Translations under genes and position numbers: made by a program
Source of the DNA: Balanoglossus misakiensis
Taxonomy: Eukaryota > Animalia > Hemichordata
Direction: 5' to 3'
DNA length: 64,000 nt
NCBI GenBank assembly: GCA_040954595.2
Contig: CM082597.2
Coordinates: 1,684,322 to 1,748,321, forward strand
The notes under the pieces: model-generated
The model's database searches: none
What the model was told of the DNA's origin: nothing
The model's input: the letters and a program-made list of their open reading frames with translations, nothing else
Shown here: piece by piece, positions 10,963-25,350 of the stretch
How the letters are laid out: every line of letters starts with the position of its first letter
Position numbering within the stretch: position 1 is the first letter of the stretch

Positions 10963-13900
10963 TCAAATTGTAACAAATGTTGACACCTGAAACATGAAAT
11001 TTTTCTTCATGCATTAAGTTGTACATTTTCCATGAATTATTCACTTGTGCAATAAATGACTGATCATGAAGATTGATTTTTGTCGTGAATGAAGTGACAT
11101 GAAAAGTAATGATTACTGGTTATGTTGATACGTATACCAGCCTATACTTATATCATAATACCACCAAAATGAATTTTAAGGATTACAGTTTGTGTCAAAC
11201 ACCAGATTCCACTTTATAAGTGAGATATGGACACATGTTTATTTAACCAAAACCATGGTCCTGTGTAGGCCGATACTATGGCACAATTTCCAACAGATTT
11301 CAGTGTTTATCTGACCTCTGTACACAGAAGCCAAGGCAAAGCCATCTATGAATAGAACAAAATTTACATGTACTTTGCATTCCAAAAAAGGTTTCCCTGA
11401 AATTAGGTCATGTAACTTCCCTGTCTGTTCGTACAGTTGTTACATAATAGTTTTCCATGCATCTTACCACAGATCTTACTGCCATTCCCCCATTGGGCAT
11501 GTGGTATTTAAGAAGCAAGAGAAGTGACATCAGGGTGATCTGCAGGGTTTGGACACCGTTTCACCATCTGATATACGCTGCAGCTTGTTCAACGAGGTCG
11601 TTGTTACCTTCCAATCGAGCAATTCTCATGGTAAGTTCGTCTATGTTTTTATTGGAATAATGTCATTTTCTCAGTCTATCAATTTTGCTATTATTTAAAG
11701 GAGCGTTGGAACAGCTCGGACCTCTTGTAGTAAACTGGTCACAAATCGTCTTCAATGGCGCCAGCAACGGCGAATGGCCTGGTGATGTGGTGCCAAAGAG
11801 CCGAAAGTCTGTCCACTCGGCATTGTGAAAAGCCTGAGCATGCGCAAAACCCGGGTGTTGCCTGCATACCACACAAGGGAAATAATATACCTGTTTACAT
11901 GACATGTCATTTTAACATCATCATTTAAACATCAACGCATTTTAATGCGTCGCCTTCAATCACTCACACCCACATGCGCGCAATGCTGCCGGGATATGAC
12001 TTTGCTGTTAGCGTCCTTCCCTCTCCATGGCGACGAGCATGATAGCGATTCAATCACGCGGGGCCTATGAAGGAGATCGCGTCTGTCTCCGTCCGTTTTG
12101 TATGTGGAAATCTTAACACGTTTTTCGACGGGTGTTTGTTACTGTCTTTAGGTAGATGTTATTTGTTAGATGGGTGACGGGTGTCAGGTGTTGCCATGGC
12201 CACGGAACGAATCAACTCAGTGTACTGGCATTAGGAATTATACCCCAAACATTCTACAAATCTATCTATCTTTATAAAACCACTGTTACATTCAACCCGT
12301 TGTTCTGTTTCTTGTTGTTGTTTGTTTACAAATGAACCTTGAGTTATGGATACAAATTATTCGGTCGGTGAATACTATCGATAGCGCATGCTCAATGATG
12401 ACCCAATTTGCATACAGCGTCGTCAGCGTTGACTCTCGTGCGACCCATACCCATACCTCTGTCGGCGTTTATCAACATTTTTACTTTATCATCACCAACA
12501 GCAGAAATGGACGATCCGCTCAGCGACTAGAGAAGTGAAGGAGCATCATACTTAGACGATTTCCCCCGTGACCAACATCTCGCAGTTGTAACGGAAAGCA
12601 GCAGTTGTTGCAGAGAGCATACGGACACCTCCGGCTTATCAGGTACGTGTGTTAAAGCGTTTCATCATGGCCATCTATCATGACATTCTGTACTGTTAAG
12701 CAGAACCCATCATTCATCACCGCTTCTGTTCACTGCACATTGATGACGACAAAACAATACCCGTTGAGTTTGACCCTTCCGTAAAATGTATTTTGTTAAA
12801 ACTAAGACACAACAAACACTCCCAACTGCGTGGACCGTGTTTTGTTTAGCAGATAGGGGGCCCCGATTCCGTCAGTAAACTGAACAACAAGTTGATACAC
12901 CGAAGAAAAAAATTACCTTTCTAAAAATTGCACGAAGTCAAACAAATCTCGCCATCCGAGTCCACGTTATCAGTCCAAACTCATTGTTTTCTATGGTACG
13001 GTTAGACCTCTAAAGAGGGAACTGGGGATGAAAGGGTTAAAAGAAACACTGCAACAGAGACACTGACGTCGTCCATCTAAAATTAAACTTCAGATGTCTC
13101 ATCTCTTGTTATTTCCCCAGTTTAATATCCGTAATTGCCATGTTATCGCTGAATATGTATAACCAGGGTTCTCGCGTTGGAATTCAATTTTCACAACATT
13201 ACAATCTTTAATCAAGGGACTCTAAAAAATTACCTAATTGCGCTGAGAGAGATACATTTACAACTACAGATAACTAGTCCATCGTTTGAATAATTAAGTA
13301 AAGTGCGTTAAAGTAATACGCACCTGTTACAAACAACCGTGAACGTGAAGTAGATGAACTGAAGTTAATCGAACATTTTGACTGTGTGGATATGGGACTT
13401 AACCGGGACTATGGTTTTATGTCACACTACAAATAACTGTCAGCTTTCTGCAGTCCACTACCCCATTTTCAAATTTGCATTCCCATTAACATTTCCATTG
13501 TTCAATTTTCACATCCAACCCTTCTTTTGTTTTCTGATGCACCTGGTCCTGCACATGTTTTCTACTTTGAATAATGTAATGATGGCGCGGAAATTGTCAT
13601 GAAATAAACTACAAGTTAAGATGTGAAAGACCAAGTAATTCGGCACGTTTCAGTAAGCAGTGTGAAGAAGAAATGAGTAACATAACACCGTCGGATAGCA
13701 TTTCCATAGGTACTTGTTTGATTAACGATGTCAGAGAAAACGCGTTGTCAGGTTGATAATAGTATTCCCTGTACGTCCATATGTATCGTATCAAACCTAA
13801 TGAGATGAAAAACCCACAACCGCCTTGCTCGTTCGAGGCGACGTCTGGTCATATCATCAAATGCTTTGTGAACTGCCCTGTTTAAAAAGGAAGGATGTCT

Positions 13901-14966
13901 ATTCACCAAATCCCCTCTTTCTAGCGATGTCGTGTACAGCATTTAAAATTTAATCTGACGAGAAGAACAATCACTAGCGTCTTTGATTTCAATCGCTTTA
14001 CTGTACATGACAGACAATTCCTCCCCAGGGAGAATGTAGTTATAGGTTTCCGAAATAGGCTATCAGACGTCGTGTTATATTCCTTTAAAATCTCGTTTCG
14101 AAGTATGCTCTGCCCAGATCGGTGATGCGAACGAACGGACTGACAGATTGCATTTGGTGTATAAAAAGAGATGTCTTTCAAACCAGAACATTCATCGTGT
14201 GGTCAATATTCCAAAGCTATATTCAAAGACGCGTGGAGTATTTTGAAGTTGGCAAAGAAAGTAATTTGTTTGGTAACCATGTTTTTTAATAATGCCAGCC
14301 GTTGATGAGAACGTCTTAAGACGGCGACTGACAGAAAGGAAACTGAAAAACAGATCTGTCGATCCGTTCTTAGTTGAAATTTAAAAAAAGGTTTGTCGTG
14401 TGCATTAAGATGAACAACCGGTTATGCAAAGTCCATTAATTCAAAACCAAAATAACTCCCTACGTACATATGGTTCATCAGTTTATAAATAACCGCAAAT
14501 TGATGAAAATGCAAGGATGCACGTTCCACTATTTTTTAATGGAAATAGTGGAAATTATTTGGACAATTGACTTCAATTAGTAATAATTATCAGGATAATG
14601 TCCTTGTCTGTATGATAAGAGGTCTACTTTTCAGTGAAGATAAATAGACGAAAATTGCTGTACGTCTTGATATAGGGTCGCGTCAGTTGATGGCAATGAA
14701 TATTTCAACATCTATGTCTGCTTCAATAGTTTCCATAGAGACAGGTATGTAACCGGATACACCCAGAATGATAAAGGAGATGGGTATATACTGTCGGAAG
14801 TTAGAATCGCATATTGATCACAAAACTTTTTTATTTATTGATTACAATGGTATCCTTCTATGACTCGCGTTTACACTATTAATTTGTGCAACAAAAATGA
14901 TAGAATTGTAAATTGCTGGTTTTTGTGGATATGGGTCGAGAAGGGAGATGGGAAGGGACCGAATAC

Positions 14967-15069
14967 GTGCTTACTACCACAACTAAGGGAGATAAATCAC
15001 TAACGTTAGTGATTTATCTCCCTTAGTTGTGCTTACTACCACAACTAAGGGAGATAAATCACTAACGTT
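14967..15069. repeat. Perfect 52-bp palindrome embedded in a 41-bp direct duplication
   Basis: 14979-15030 ACAACTAAGGGAGATAAATCACTAAC|GTTAGTGATTTATCTCCCTTAGTTGT is a perfect palindrome; GTGCTTACTACCACAACTAAGGGAGATAAATCACTAACGTT occurs at 14967-15007 and 15029-15069. Confidence 0.95.
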
Positions 15070-17303
15070 TAACATAGCATTGTCTATCTTTTATGTGATA
15101 ACGGAAAACTCCTCTGAACGTAAGTTTTTTTGCACCATCAGAAACACAATACCCATAGCATCCTTAGCTTTCCGAGAAATAATATTATGTTCATATGTAA
15201 ATAGGGTGTAAATCGTCCTTGGCAACTCATTATGACAAACAAGTAATCGCGTGTCACACAAGTTAAAGGAAGGGGTGATGGATGCTTCAATCGATCAGAG
15301 ACTTTCAGAAAACCAGTGATGCATATTGCTTTCTTACCGAGAGGCGCATCAATGCGAGGACGAAGGACTGATACTTGAGCATGTACGCTACGTTAGCGCT
15401 GCTCAGAGCTGTTGGAGCAGAGGTAGGGGGAAAATAGACGTCAGACGTGCAACACTTCACAGTTTATTACCCACATTCAACCGTGAACAACATTCAAATA
15501 ACAGTATCGCCACTACAGCACGTTCGGTGGCATTCAAGAAGCCGGGACCGCGCACGCAAATCATGGTACATGTTTAATCTTCATACACCTATGCGCGGGG
15601 TATTCATTGCTGTCGCGTGTGGCCGCTTCTTTTTATTGTTATTGAGTCAAAACCACGTTGAATTGTTACACTTACGAGTTCTGCACGCACAATCTGAAGT
15701 AGAGGGGGACAGTGGGATTTGAACGCCAAGAGGACGGCCTCTAAAGCGATCAAAAAGTGCTTCCGGCGGTCAATTATCCTTTGTGTACGCGCGACCCCAT
15801 CGCAGACATCTATCACACAACGGCGGCCATGTTTGCGCCTTGTCCTACCCGCAAAAAAGATGGCGGCTATAAAAGAGCCTGTTACGCTTCCTCCCCTATG
15901 GCTCGGATCTCAGCTTTAATAAACACATACCTGTCTAAAAAGACACATTCCAGTATGATCCAAGAGTACTAAAACCGGATACGTGGTCAATGAACAGGCT
16001 AAACGGCTTGTGTGTGTGTTTTTCATAAACGATAATGGCCGATTTCAATGCATGACGATATGCAGGTCAAAGTGATTGCCTTCCTTTGTAAATTCCGCGG
16101 GAATTAATCAATTAAACTGTTTATAAAAATGAATTAGAAAGCCATGATTATTTCATGATAGAATTAGCCAATTAAATAATTGGCAGTTAAATCATATTGA
16201 TTTTTTTTGGCTCATTGAGACTGCGGAGTGGATCACGTTCTCTGCTTGTTATTGGCTGGCAGGTATGAGGTACTGTCTCAATAAAAGCGCGCTGAGTCTA
16301 CGCTTCGTGTTTGTTCATGGCAATCTAGAGTGAATGCAAGCAATCATTTGCACAGACTGTGTTTGTGGAATCTAAATGAACCCGTACAACATCGTCTCGT
16401 TGTTGATTCTGTGCAAAGTCCGGCGTTATTGACATGGGCATGATTACAAGGTTAGTTCGTAATGGCGGCTGCCGATCTACAGAACGTTCAGTCTCCCCGT
16501 CTCAGTAGTGGCGACTACCTGCTGATCACAGATAACATATAGGCACTGGTCTTCTTTTAATTTGCTAAAGTCGACTGCTATTTGTATTACCGGCTTGTTT
16601 TATAATGGTTTACAACGTGTTACAACGAAAGTGACAATTACGGTCATGTCGATGGACACTTCTATGAATTACGATTAGCATGGCCGAATTCTTGAATGTA
16701 CTGCCACAGTTTGTAAAAGTTGTTTAAAGAATTTAAATATAAGGGCATATGTCTAATAAAGTCATAGGTACGAGTTATTGGCGCATAATACTGTCCCTTG
16801 CATAGCAACTCTGGTCCGATGATCAATCATGAAAGCGTTTTGCTGGTAACCCAGGCAACCGTTTTATGAACAAATAAAAAGCCATTGATCACACTTGCAC
16901 AGTGAAAATGCACTTAATCAAGTAATGTTCTCTCCCGACCATAGGACGCGCGTCGACGATTTCCGTTGCCATGGCGACATGATTTGTTTGATGTAATGCT
17001 TTGGCAAATTTAATAAAGACGAATGACGTTCATTTGCTGTGGTAACGTTCATTAGGCCACAGGCGGCGGCAGTTTGCTCGTCTTAATGGATGAATTAAAG
17101 GTCGATGATAAATATACTTGCAATCATCCAAAAACTCATGAGATTCTCTGGATGAAAGAGGCGTCATATTTTAATAACCAAGTTTTTATGGGGTTTCCTT
17201 TGCAAAGCTAATAGGTGATGACATTTGGGATTTTTTTTGCTCTAATCAAGATTGTAAATCTGGGAATTCCTTTCCTTATCTTTTATTTCCTGGTGGCATC
17301 ACG

Positions 17304-17360
17304 TCTGTCTGCCTGCCTGCCTGCCTGTCTGGTTGGCTGTCTGTCTGTCTGTCTGTCTGT
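17304..17360. repeat. (CTGT/CTGC)n microsatellite
   Basis: tctgtctgcctgcctgcctgcctgtctggttggctgtctgtctgtctgtctgtctgt. Confidence 0.8.
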
Positions 17361-18400
17361 ACGCACACCGCTTCTTTATTACGCATTCTCCATAATGTTG
17401 ATCACACTAATATCCTATCAATCAGCTTTATAATCATTCCCGGTTCTATTCAATTTCACTTCGCTATTTCACAAGCAACAGGCAGCCGGTTGTGTTACAA
17501 TGTCTGTCAAGCGCCCTTTGATGACTTTAGATTAGAACACAGTTATAAAAAACACTATCACATGTGGTTTACATTATGCGTATTTCCATAGCGATCCCAT
17601 TCTTTCTCACGTTTGAATAAATTTATATCAATCGATACAATCAAACTGTATTACGAATAATCAGATGCAATTTATTGGCTTTGATCTCTGATCTGTGATG
17701 TACTAGCACGTACAGAGCATGATGTACAATTTTTACGATGTTAATCTCATTTTGACAAACATTTATCAAACTGTAGAATCCAATGTTGGATTCAGACCCA
17801 TTTAAACACCAACTAAGAATTCCGTATCATGGGTAATAATAATGATCTTCCTATATGCAGGCATCCTGATCAACCTTCTCTCTGATGATATGAACCAATA
17901 TTGACGATGCCACGTGTGTCAATCGAGTAAACAAACGCCATTGCTTTGTAAAGGGGTAATATCATTCTGCTGACGACAATATCTCTTAATCGAACGTGAT
18001 ATTACAACGGGTTGAACAAGAACGTATGGTAACTGTCACTCCGCGCGTCAGCGTGGGCAAATAAACGTGCCCAAACTGAATAATTACAGAAGGCTATAGT
18101 ATACAGACTACTATAGAAGAGAAAATTGGGTTTGTTAGAGCGATATACACTTCAAATACAGCACTATTTGAAAGTTCAAGCTTGTGTGTCATTATCACCC
18201 GTGTTTTCCATCACATTTTGTACTTGAAGCTCCGTTCAATATTGCTTTTCATCTTGACGCTGATGAGACATCTGAAGTGGTACAATACTTGCATTCCTTA
18301 GGAGTCGAGATCCAAAATACAACAGTGTGCCTGTTTAGGACTGTCGATCATATATTAACGTGTTTAATGATATTCCTAATAATATTTTCTTTTATTTCAG

Positions 18401-18510
18401 GATGTTCCAAATTGACAACTCTTGTGGTATAATCAAGAACTAAATTCAGACTCATTTGATATGAAAACGAAAGTCTCTGTTGCTGTATTGACCGATGCAT
18501 GAGAACCAAG
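18401..18510 (+). other. Candidate upstream exon of the adhesion GPCR (mostly 5' UTR; ends ATG AGA ACC AAG)
   Basis: Strong acceptor (ttttcttttatttcag|) and donor (CAAG|gtaagg). The ATG at 18499 (MRTK) is phase-0 in frame with the signal-peptide exon at 25348. Confidence 0.5.
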
Positions 18511-21500
18511 GTAAGGTTATATATAATATACATTCATATTAGGAAGGTACGACAAAACATTTCACCACAGTCTTGCGCGTAGGAAGAAAATGCTCGCGGT
18601 CTTAAATATTTCTCGGTGCGGTGTGGTGAGGTGTGCACGCCTTGCTTGTCTCAGTATAGTCTTCGTTTCCCAGGGTCCTCAAGTCCGGACCTTGTCTATT
18701 AAAACGACAAGCACGGGCTAGCCATCGACCCCTGGGAACAGATATGCATTCTTAATAGGTGTCCGTTTCTTTTCAACGCTTAGTCTTGACGCCCAATCGG
18801 ATTTCATTCGCTATCATCCATCTTCCCCCATATCCCCTGAAGGAAACACAGAGCTTTCATTATTCTATAAAAGGCATTACACAAACTCCTGTATTGCCTT
18901 CGATCACTTCGCTCGATAAACCCTGGATGCTTGCTTTCACGCTGATTTGAAAGTCTTCGATCTGTTCCTCGAAACGTCTCAGCTGATTGTCCATCGCACG
19001 TGGGCTTGTAGGGAATTCGGTCACGTGATTTTATTAGGCTCTTTAGATTGTCAAATATTAAGTCCCGGCAAAAAAGGAAATGAAATTCTTCTGTGTGACT
19101 ATCTGACTATTTATCTGTCAAAAATAAATGCCCTCTTCAGAAATATTACTCTACACTGTCTTACATTCTCTGTTGCTGTGCTTGAAAGGGTTAAATAGGG
19201 GGTACGCCCTATATAAAGGGAAATAAGAGAATACTTTGGTTGATTAAGCAACAAGCTGTTGTGAGGTCTGTATATGGCGTTCCAAGTGTCTCCTATATTT
19301 CCATGTACCATGATGGCTTTAGAACTGTATATGCGCAGGTTACACCTGGGTCAAATTCATAACCAGTAAAATGTGAATGGCAATAGGGATGATACAAAGA
19401 AATAAAGAGGTGTGGGTGGGTGGTGGGGGGGGGGCAAAAAGTGCACAGTATCCCCGCGTCTCAATATGGCGGCTACAATCACCACAGTTAACCGCAGCAG
19501 GGCAGGATATTGCATGTGATCAACAGCTCATGGGTGAAGATATTTCTCAAAAGAATAAATCACAATTTCAAGAGAACCGTGCAAAAGATCGGTTATTGGT
19601 TAAATCGAGGATCCCAGCTCATTTCCTTTGGGGTAAGATATTTGAATGCTAATGTGTACACACAGTGCTAATGATGCATACTGCAGCACAAGGACCGGTG
19701 GTGTGTGCTCGCCGCGTTCAATTGTCATTCAGTAATTGTTTAATTCGCATAGCGGTGAAAAATTGTCATTTTGAAACGTTAATGACGTAGAACGGACAAA
19801 CACAACGGAAATTAACAGTGCATATAGGCGTACACCTGTCACGAAATCGTAAATTTCAATAACCCCTGAGCGAACGACTGATATTTCAGAGCTTTCCTGA
19901 TTATGCAGTCAAAAATGTGTTAATTAAAGTGCAAACCATCACAAAGTACACTGTCCGAGTAGAGGATAAACAATGTACCATAAATCGAAAATTCTGTATA
20001 CATGTACGTGTCAACAAAGACGCATTCGCGGGGTTCAATATTCGAGATGTTTTGATAATATTATCACACAATATTTTTGAGCCATGTAATTAAAATTGAT
20101 CGACGATTCACGCAGAAATTACAACCCTGTAGTATTATATCTTATAAATAGTAAATCCTGATCATGTCAATATAATGCGTTTCATAAAACGGTCACGTAC
20201 ACATCAACATGTATATGAAGATCCGACTTCTCAGAAGAGCGGCTTTAAATTTCTAATTTGTGTTACAATGAAAAGAAATAATTACAGGTATTCACGGGAT
20301 ACTTCTACGATTTTTTTCTCGCATTTGGATGAGAGAGGATAATTATGGTCTTAATTCACAAAATAGATTGCTGTACTGCGACTCATCTTTGAATCTTCTG
20401 TGAACTTTTGCATTTTGATATGTACCATACACGTATAAAGAAAGAAGCTATTTCGTCCGTCTTTTACAGATGAAAAGTGTAGTGATGGACTGTGCACGTA
20501 AACGATTACTAAAAGGCGAAATAAATAAATGTACAATGTGCGAACCTTTAGTTGTAGCAGACATACATTCAACAAGTTAACCAGTCAGTCAATCAGTCAG
20601 TCAGTCAGTTAGACAAACAGACAGGCAGACGGACAGATTGTTTAAATATTATCCATGTGGATACCCGATAGCACTTTTCAATATGAATAGGGTGTAATTT
20701 ATTCATTGGCTTAGATCTTGTGAGTGTTTGAAACTCCTTTAAACTGTCACAATCTATCAGAGTTAAAATCCTCGAATCTTACTGGCAGTAAAGATAACCA
20801 GCGTTTCAATTTTGAAACATATTTTAAAGAAAAATAATCACTATCCATGGCTATTCATCTAGACCATCCAATATAGTACGAGAGATAAGCCTAAAGTGAT
20901 TTGAATTATTCGTCACGAACATGGATCTGTATATCAACTCGATATACTATGTTATTCACGCATGATATATCATGCCTCACAGGGCATTTTTGCATTTATT
21001 GCTAGAAGAGGAAAACTTTATCACCAGCTGAGCGATTTTTCTTTGCTTGCAGGGCACATTATCTTGTCATAATTTACTGATGAGTTTTCTGATACGAGAA
21101 AGTGGACAAGGACGCGGTCTGAATTAGTTGACACGACAGCTAGAACTTACGTAAAATCTATAAACAGCTTTCCACATAATAATTACTCTGGGGGTAAAAG
21201 CTTCTGAATCGTGCAATCTATTCTTAAGTCGCGGCGGAAACCGGATTCATAAAACCGTGACTGTATTCTTTTAGAATAGTGGTTATACGAAACGGTTATA
21301 TGACGATTATTAAACCTTATAGTCACCTACGCCAAACCAAGATTTTCATCGGGTGGCCACGTGTAAACAGAGCGCCGCCACTCGAATTATACACATGTGA
21401 TTGTCTTTTAATGTTTAATATACATACAAGAATTATTTGATGTCACAGGTTCCAGTGACGTTCGAGTAGTCTGAAATGTTATTAGCCGGTTTACTTTCTG

Positions 21501-22650
21501 TAGTCTGTCGCCCACACGATATGCAAATAAACAGAGTTACCTGTACTTTCGTTCATAAATCCTGTCGACTCTGGAAATTTAAGACGCTTTTCAGTCGTGA
21601 ATGTCAATCAGTATATCTCAGTAAATCTCATGGATATGCAATTTTGATATATTTTAATGACGAGCCCTCCGGTCTGTGATTGTTTCCCAGTGATATCCAA
21701 GTCGAATCACGTGATCAGACAACGCCATATTTGATATGGCCGCAGTACATTCGAGAGGGTTTACTTTCTTCCTATATAAAGTGCAGAGATCCCGTCCGCG
21801 TGTGAACTACCTGCTGCACTCTCATTAGTCCTAATTCTTTAAATTGCAATCTTCCTCCCCATTTAGAAGCATTCTTTATTTAGCGTCGTCTTGGGCAATA
21901 ATAGGGCGCACTTTCTCGTGCGGAATCCTCTTAGCAAGTATCCGTGTTTTAAGGCATTTCCTTGAGGGCCTAGAGCGCTGTTATAACGGCCCTAAAAGCC
22001 TTTGAGTGCCCTACACCTTCCCCTCTCTTAACGATAATTTACAGAAAGTGAGACGGCCGTTCGTGATCTCATATCGAAACTACGCTTCTCAACACGCACA
22101 AAAGATCCTAAGGGATTTAATTTGAGACTGGCATTGTCACATATTTTCGCTTGAAAACGAGCTGCTAAAACATGCATTAAGAATATGTCAGTCTTAAACT
22201 CGTGTTATAATGATGACATGATCCCTTACTATTTTGATTTTTTTCAAACAACTTCGATGTATATATTCGGAATTGCATAAAACCTGTGCACAATGTAATA
22301 CAGCGGATTTCTTGCTTCGGGCGTATCTTGTTGTTTTGTCCCTGTGTCTGTGTGGCATTGATGGAAAGCGACAAGTTTCGTAACCAAGGAAGTTGAGAAT
22401 TGCACAAATCAAATGGCTAGCGAAGGCGCCGTCATGATGTGATCCTGTTTGTGATCGCCTGCCCATTTGTGGATTCTCTTGTGAGTTAATCGCGGCTTGT
22501 TTTTCGAAATAATGTACCCAGGACAATTGTGAAATTGTTCAATTATAGCCGATGAAATCCGGTAATCAGTTTTAAAAAGGTGTTGCTCATGCGCACAACT
22601 CTCGCCTAATTTGAGTCTTGGTCAGTTTCGCGAAGCTAGGAGGTACACTC

Positions 22651-22933
22651 GTGACGTCACAAAGAGCCCCACGGGTAAACTCAGATCCGTTACCTAGCGA
22701 CGGTGATACTACGCTGCCGTGGTAAGACGTGTGCGTTGGAGGCGTTTTATTTCTACATTCTCCGGTGAGCGCGTAAACAACTGTGGTGAATTTTTGCTGC
22801 CGTGTTACCCCAAAACAAGACTTTAAATTCGAAACCTACCGACTACGACTTCAGTTATACATGTCAGGAATGGAGGATATAGATATCGCGCTTTAATGTC
22901 CCCAACGACAAAATTACATGGATCGGAATGAAG
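22651..22933 (+). promoter_or_regulatory. Candidate alternative promoter and first exon of the adhesion GPCR
   Basis: Perfect CRE palindrome GTGACGTCAC (22651-22660), X-box GTTACCTAGCGAC (22689-22701), CpG-rich, ends ATG AAG|gtatgt (phase 0, compatible with exon 25348). Confidence 0.4.
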
Positions 22934-25350
22934 GTATGTTTTACCGCTATCGGCCCCTTTCTAAATTGTATTGTTTTCTCTCTCATTATCCAAACATTCA
23001 TAATCTGGCTGTCTAAGACGGAAGGGTACTGAACTCGGTTATCGGCGGCAGTTGTGTCGAACGTGTGTCGTAGTCTTGCATTGGTGATGTGGTAAAATGT
23101 TTAAAAGGTGAAAAATATAGTGTCCTGTCACGGTCCGTTCTCAATGCATGTATGTTGAGCGGACAGCTTTGAAACACGTTCCCCGCACACCGATTCATGT
23201 CGGTTTTTTGACGTATGGTTCTACTGCCATCAATGTGTTTTGCTGAGCAATATCGTCAACACGAATGTTCCAGATCCTCGCTTCTCTCCGCCCCCGAGCC
23301 AGCAATCTTTGTCTCCCGATTGTGCGATATTTGTGCTTCCAATGTCTATCAAGTGTTTGCCAGTCGTAGTCGACGACGGAAACGAACGCAGCTGCAAATG
23401 ATGCCTTCTGAGTTTTGCTTGGTACTTTCCCGCGAATTCGTCGTTTCGGAATTCGACACGACTGATTCCACACTGAATGTATAGCAACAGGGACGGAGTT
23501 CAATACTCCGTGTCTCCTATCATTGAGTGAGTGACATGTACTATGTGAGCTGAAACATAAGCGATTTAGTGTGTGTATGGCATTCTTACATCCTTTCGGA
23601 ATCTCTCTCTCTCTCTCTCCCTTTCTCGCTCTCTGAGTCTCTCATAAATTTGCATAATTTGGTTGCCATGTGGGTATACTGACGATCCCAACCATGATGC
23701 GCGCAAGTCTGTGAGCATTGCGAATATTTTGTCCGGGTCTGCAATACAGAGAAAGAATACGATTTAATGGTACCATTAAAATCTAGTGTATTATTTATAC
23801 ACCATCCTATACATACCTCCTTACAACGCCATTATGGTATGCAACCCGTATCCGATAACTCCATGAGAACAATAGAATCATTAGCTTAACAAAGAACAAC
23901 CACCCTCATTTTTCAAGTAGTCATTATTACACACTAGCACATTCCCGAGGAGAGCCCTCACACAGATTTGCGATACAAACAACCCCCATATTTTATAAAA
24001 TAGAACATCTGGACAACATAATAGCCGTACAACTGCTGTTGCTTACATTTTTTATGTAAATTTGCAACCGTTCTGTGTCGTGAAACCCGTTGTTGTGCGA
24101 GCATAGGTCTCGGAAACGTGTAATGTGCCTATACTATAATATTACTGCTTCTTCCATAGTAACGAAACTTAGACATTCGAGTTTTCTCATATACGTAAAC
24201 ACCGCATCAAAATTAAATTTGGTATCCGGTAAAGAGATAAAAGAAAAACAAAACAATAATATCAAAAACAACAGCAAAACTGACGGATGTCAAAGTCCAA
24301 AATTGTAGTCGTTCTCCATTTTTCTGCTGCGCGGTTGTCTTTCATATAATGCAGACAATACATTGCAACATGATATTCAAACTGTGATATCAGTTATTGT
24401 CGAGGACACTCGCGTGATCGAGGTGTACTGGGCGCGTGACCGTAGACGTTGTTTGAACTACCGACGTCGATATGGGTAAATTTTGGCTGCTTTTGTCTGT
24501 GAGAAAAATATCTAACCACTTTCTGTTTCCCTCAAAAGGATATGCTTGCTTCTGAAACCTTCAAAGCACCAAACACGTTCTCTGCACTGTGAGATGCGAC
24601 TGCGTCATTCCTTTCGAAGTACGGAGTTTTAATCGTTCTATCGGTTGCACATTTTCGCACTCAAAGACAAATCCGGGAGAGAAAAAAACTCGACGGAGAT
24701 TTGATCAGCGAAAGTTATCTCCATTTCTGCTTACGTAACATCGGTTGTCTTTGCAAGCACCGTAAACGTATCGCTAAAATATTATTCGGGAGACTGAATC
24801 TCTCAATTGTTCGCCATGGCAACACTATCTTTACCATTACATGGCCATTACAGCACATCAATTCACATACACGTGAAGATTGAAGGAATGCGAGTCGAAG
24901 TGTGTTCTATACTTTTACCGAACATTGTACTGGGCGGGTAAACCTGGCTTCTGAATGCCTGTGTACGCGTGTGCGCGGCCGTACATCTGTGCAACGACAC
25001 ACATATGACGTAACACACCGGCATGTGACGTAACGCATATGTAAGTAATATACGGGTTGTGAGACAATGCGTGTAGGAGAGAGTATGCCACTTTGATTTA
25101 TCTGCTCGGATTCTGAAGGGCTGTGTCGCTGCGCCAAGAGGTCCCCTTAATCTGTTGTCATCATCTTCCATTCGAGTACGTGTTAATAATTTCTCCATGT
25201 CTTCGTGCCCTGAAAATGAGCATGGCGTCAAGAGTGCCACTTCCTTTCTTAGAAAGTGACAAAAAGTGACGTTGAGATCAGGATTTGCATACGAAATGGT
25301 TAATGACCCTGTGTGGTAACACGTTTCTGTTTTTTTTCTCTCAACAGGTG

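Noticed and set aside
11457-11905. Long minus-strand frame interrupted by two TGA codons (possible selenoprotein or pseudogene)
   Set aside because: No recognisable domain, no SECIS identified, no consistent exon structure
23013-23503. Cluster of overlapping 60-100 aa ORFs
   Set aside because: No recognisable homology or splice structure; expected by chance in a GC-richer patch
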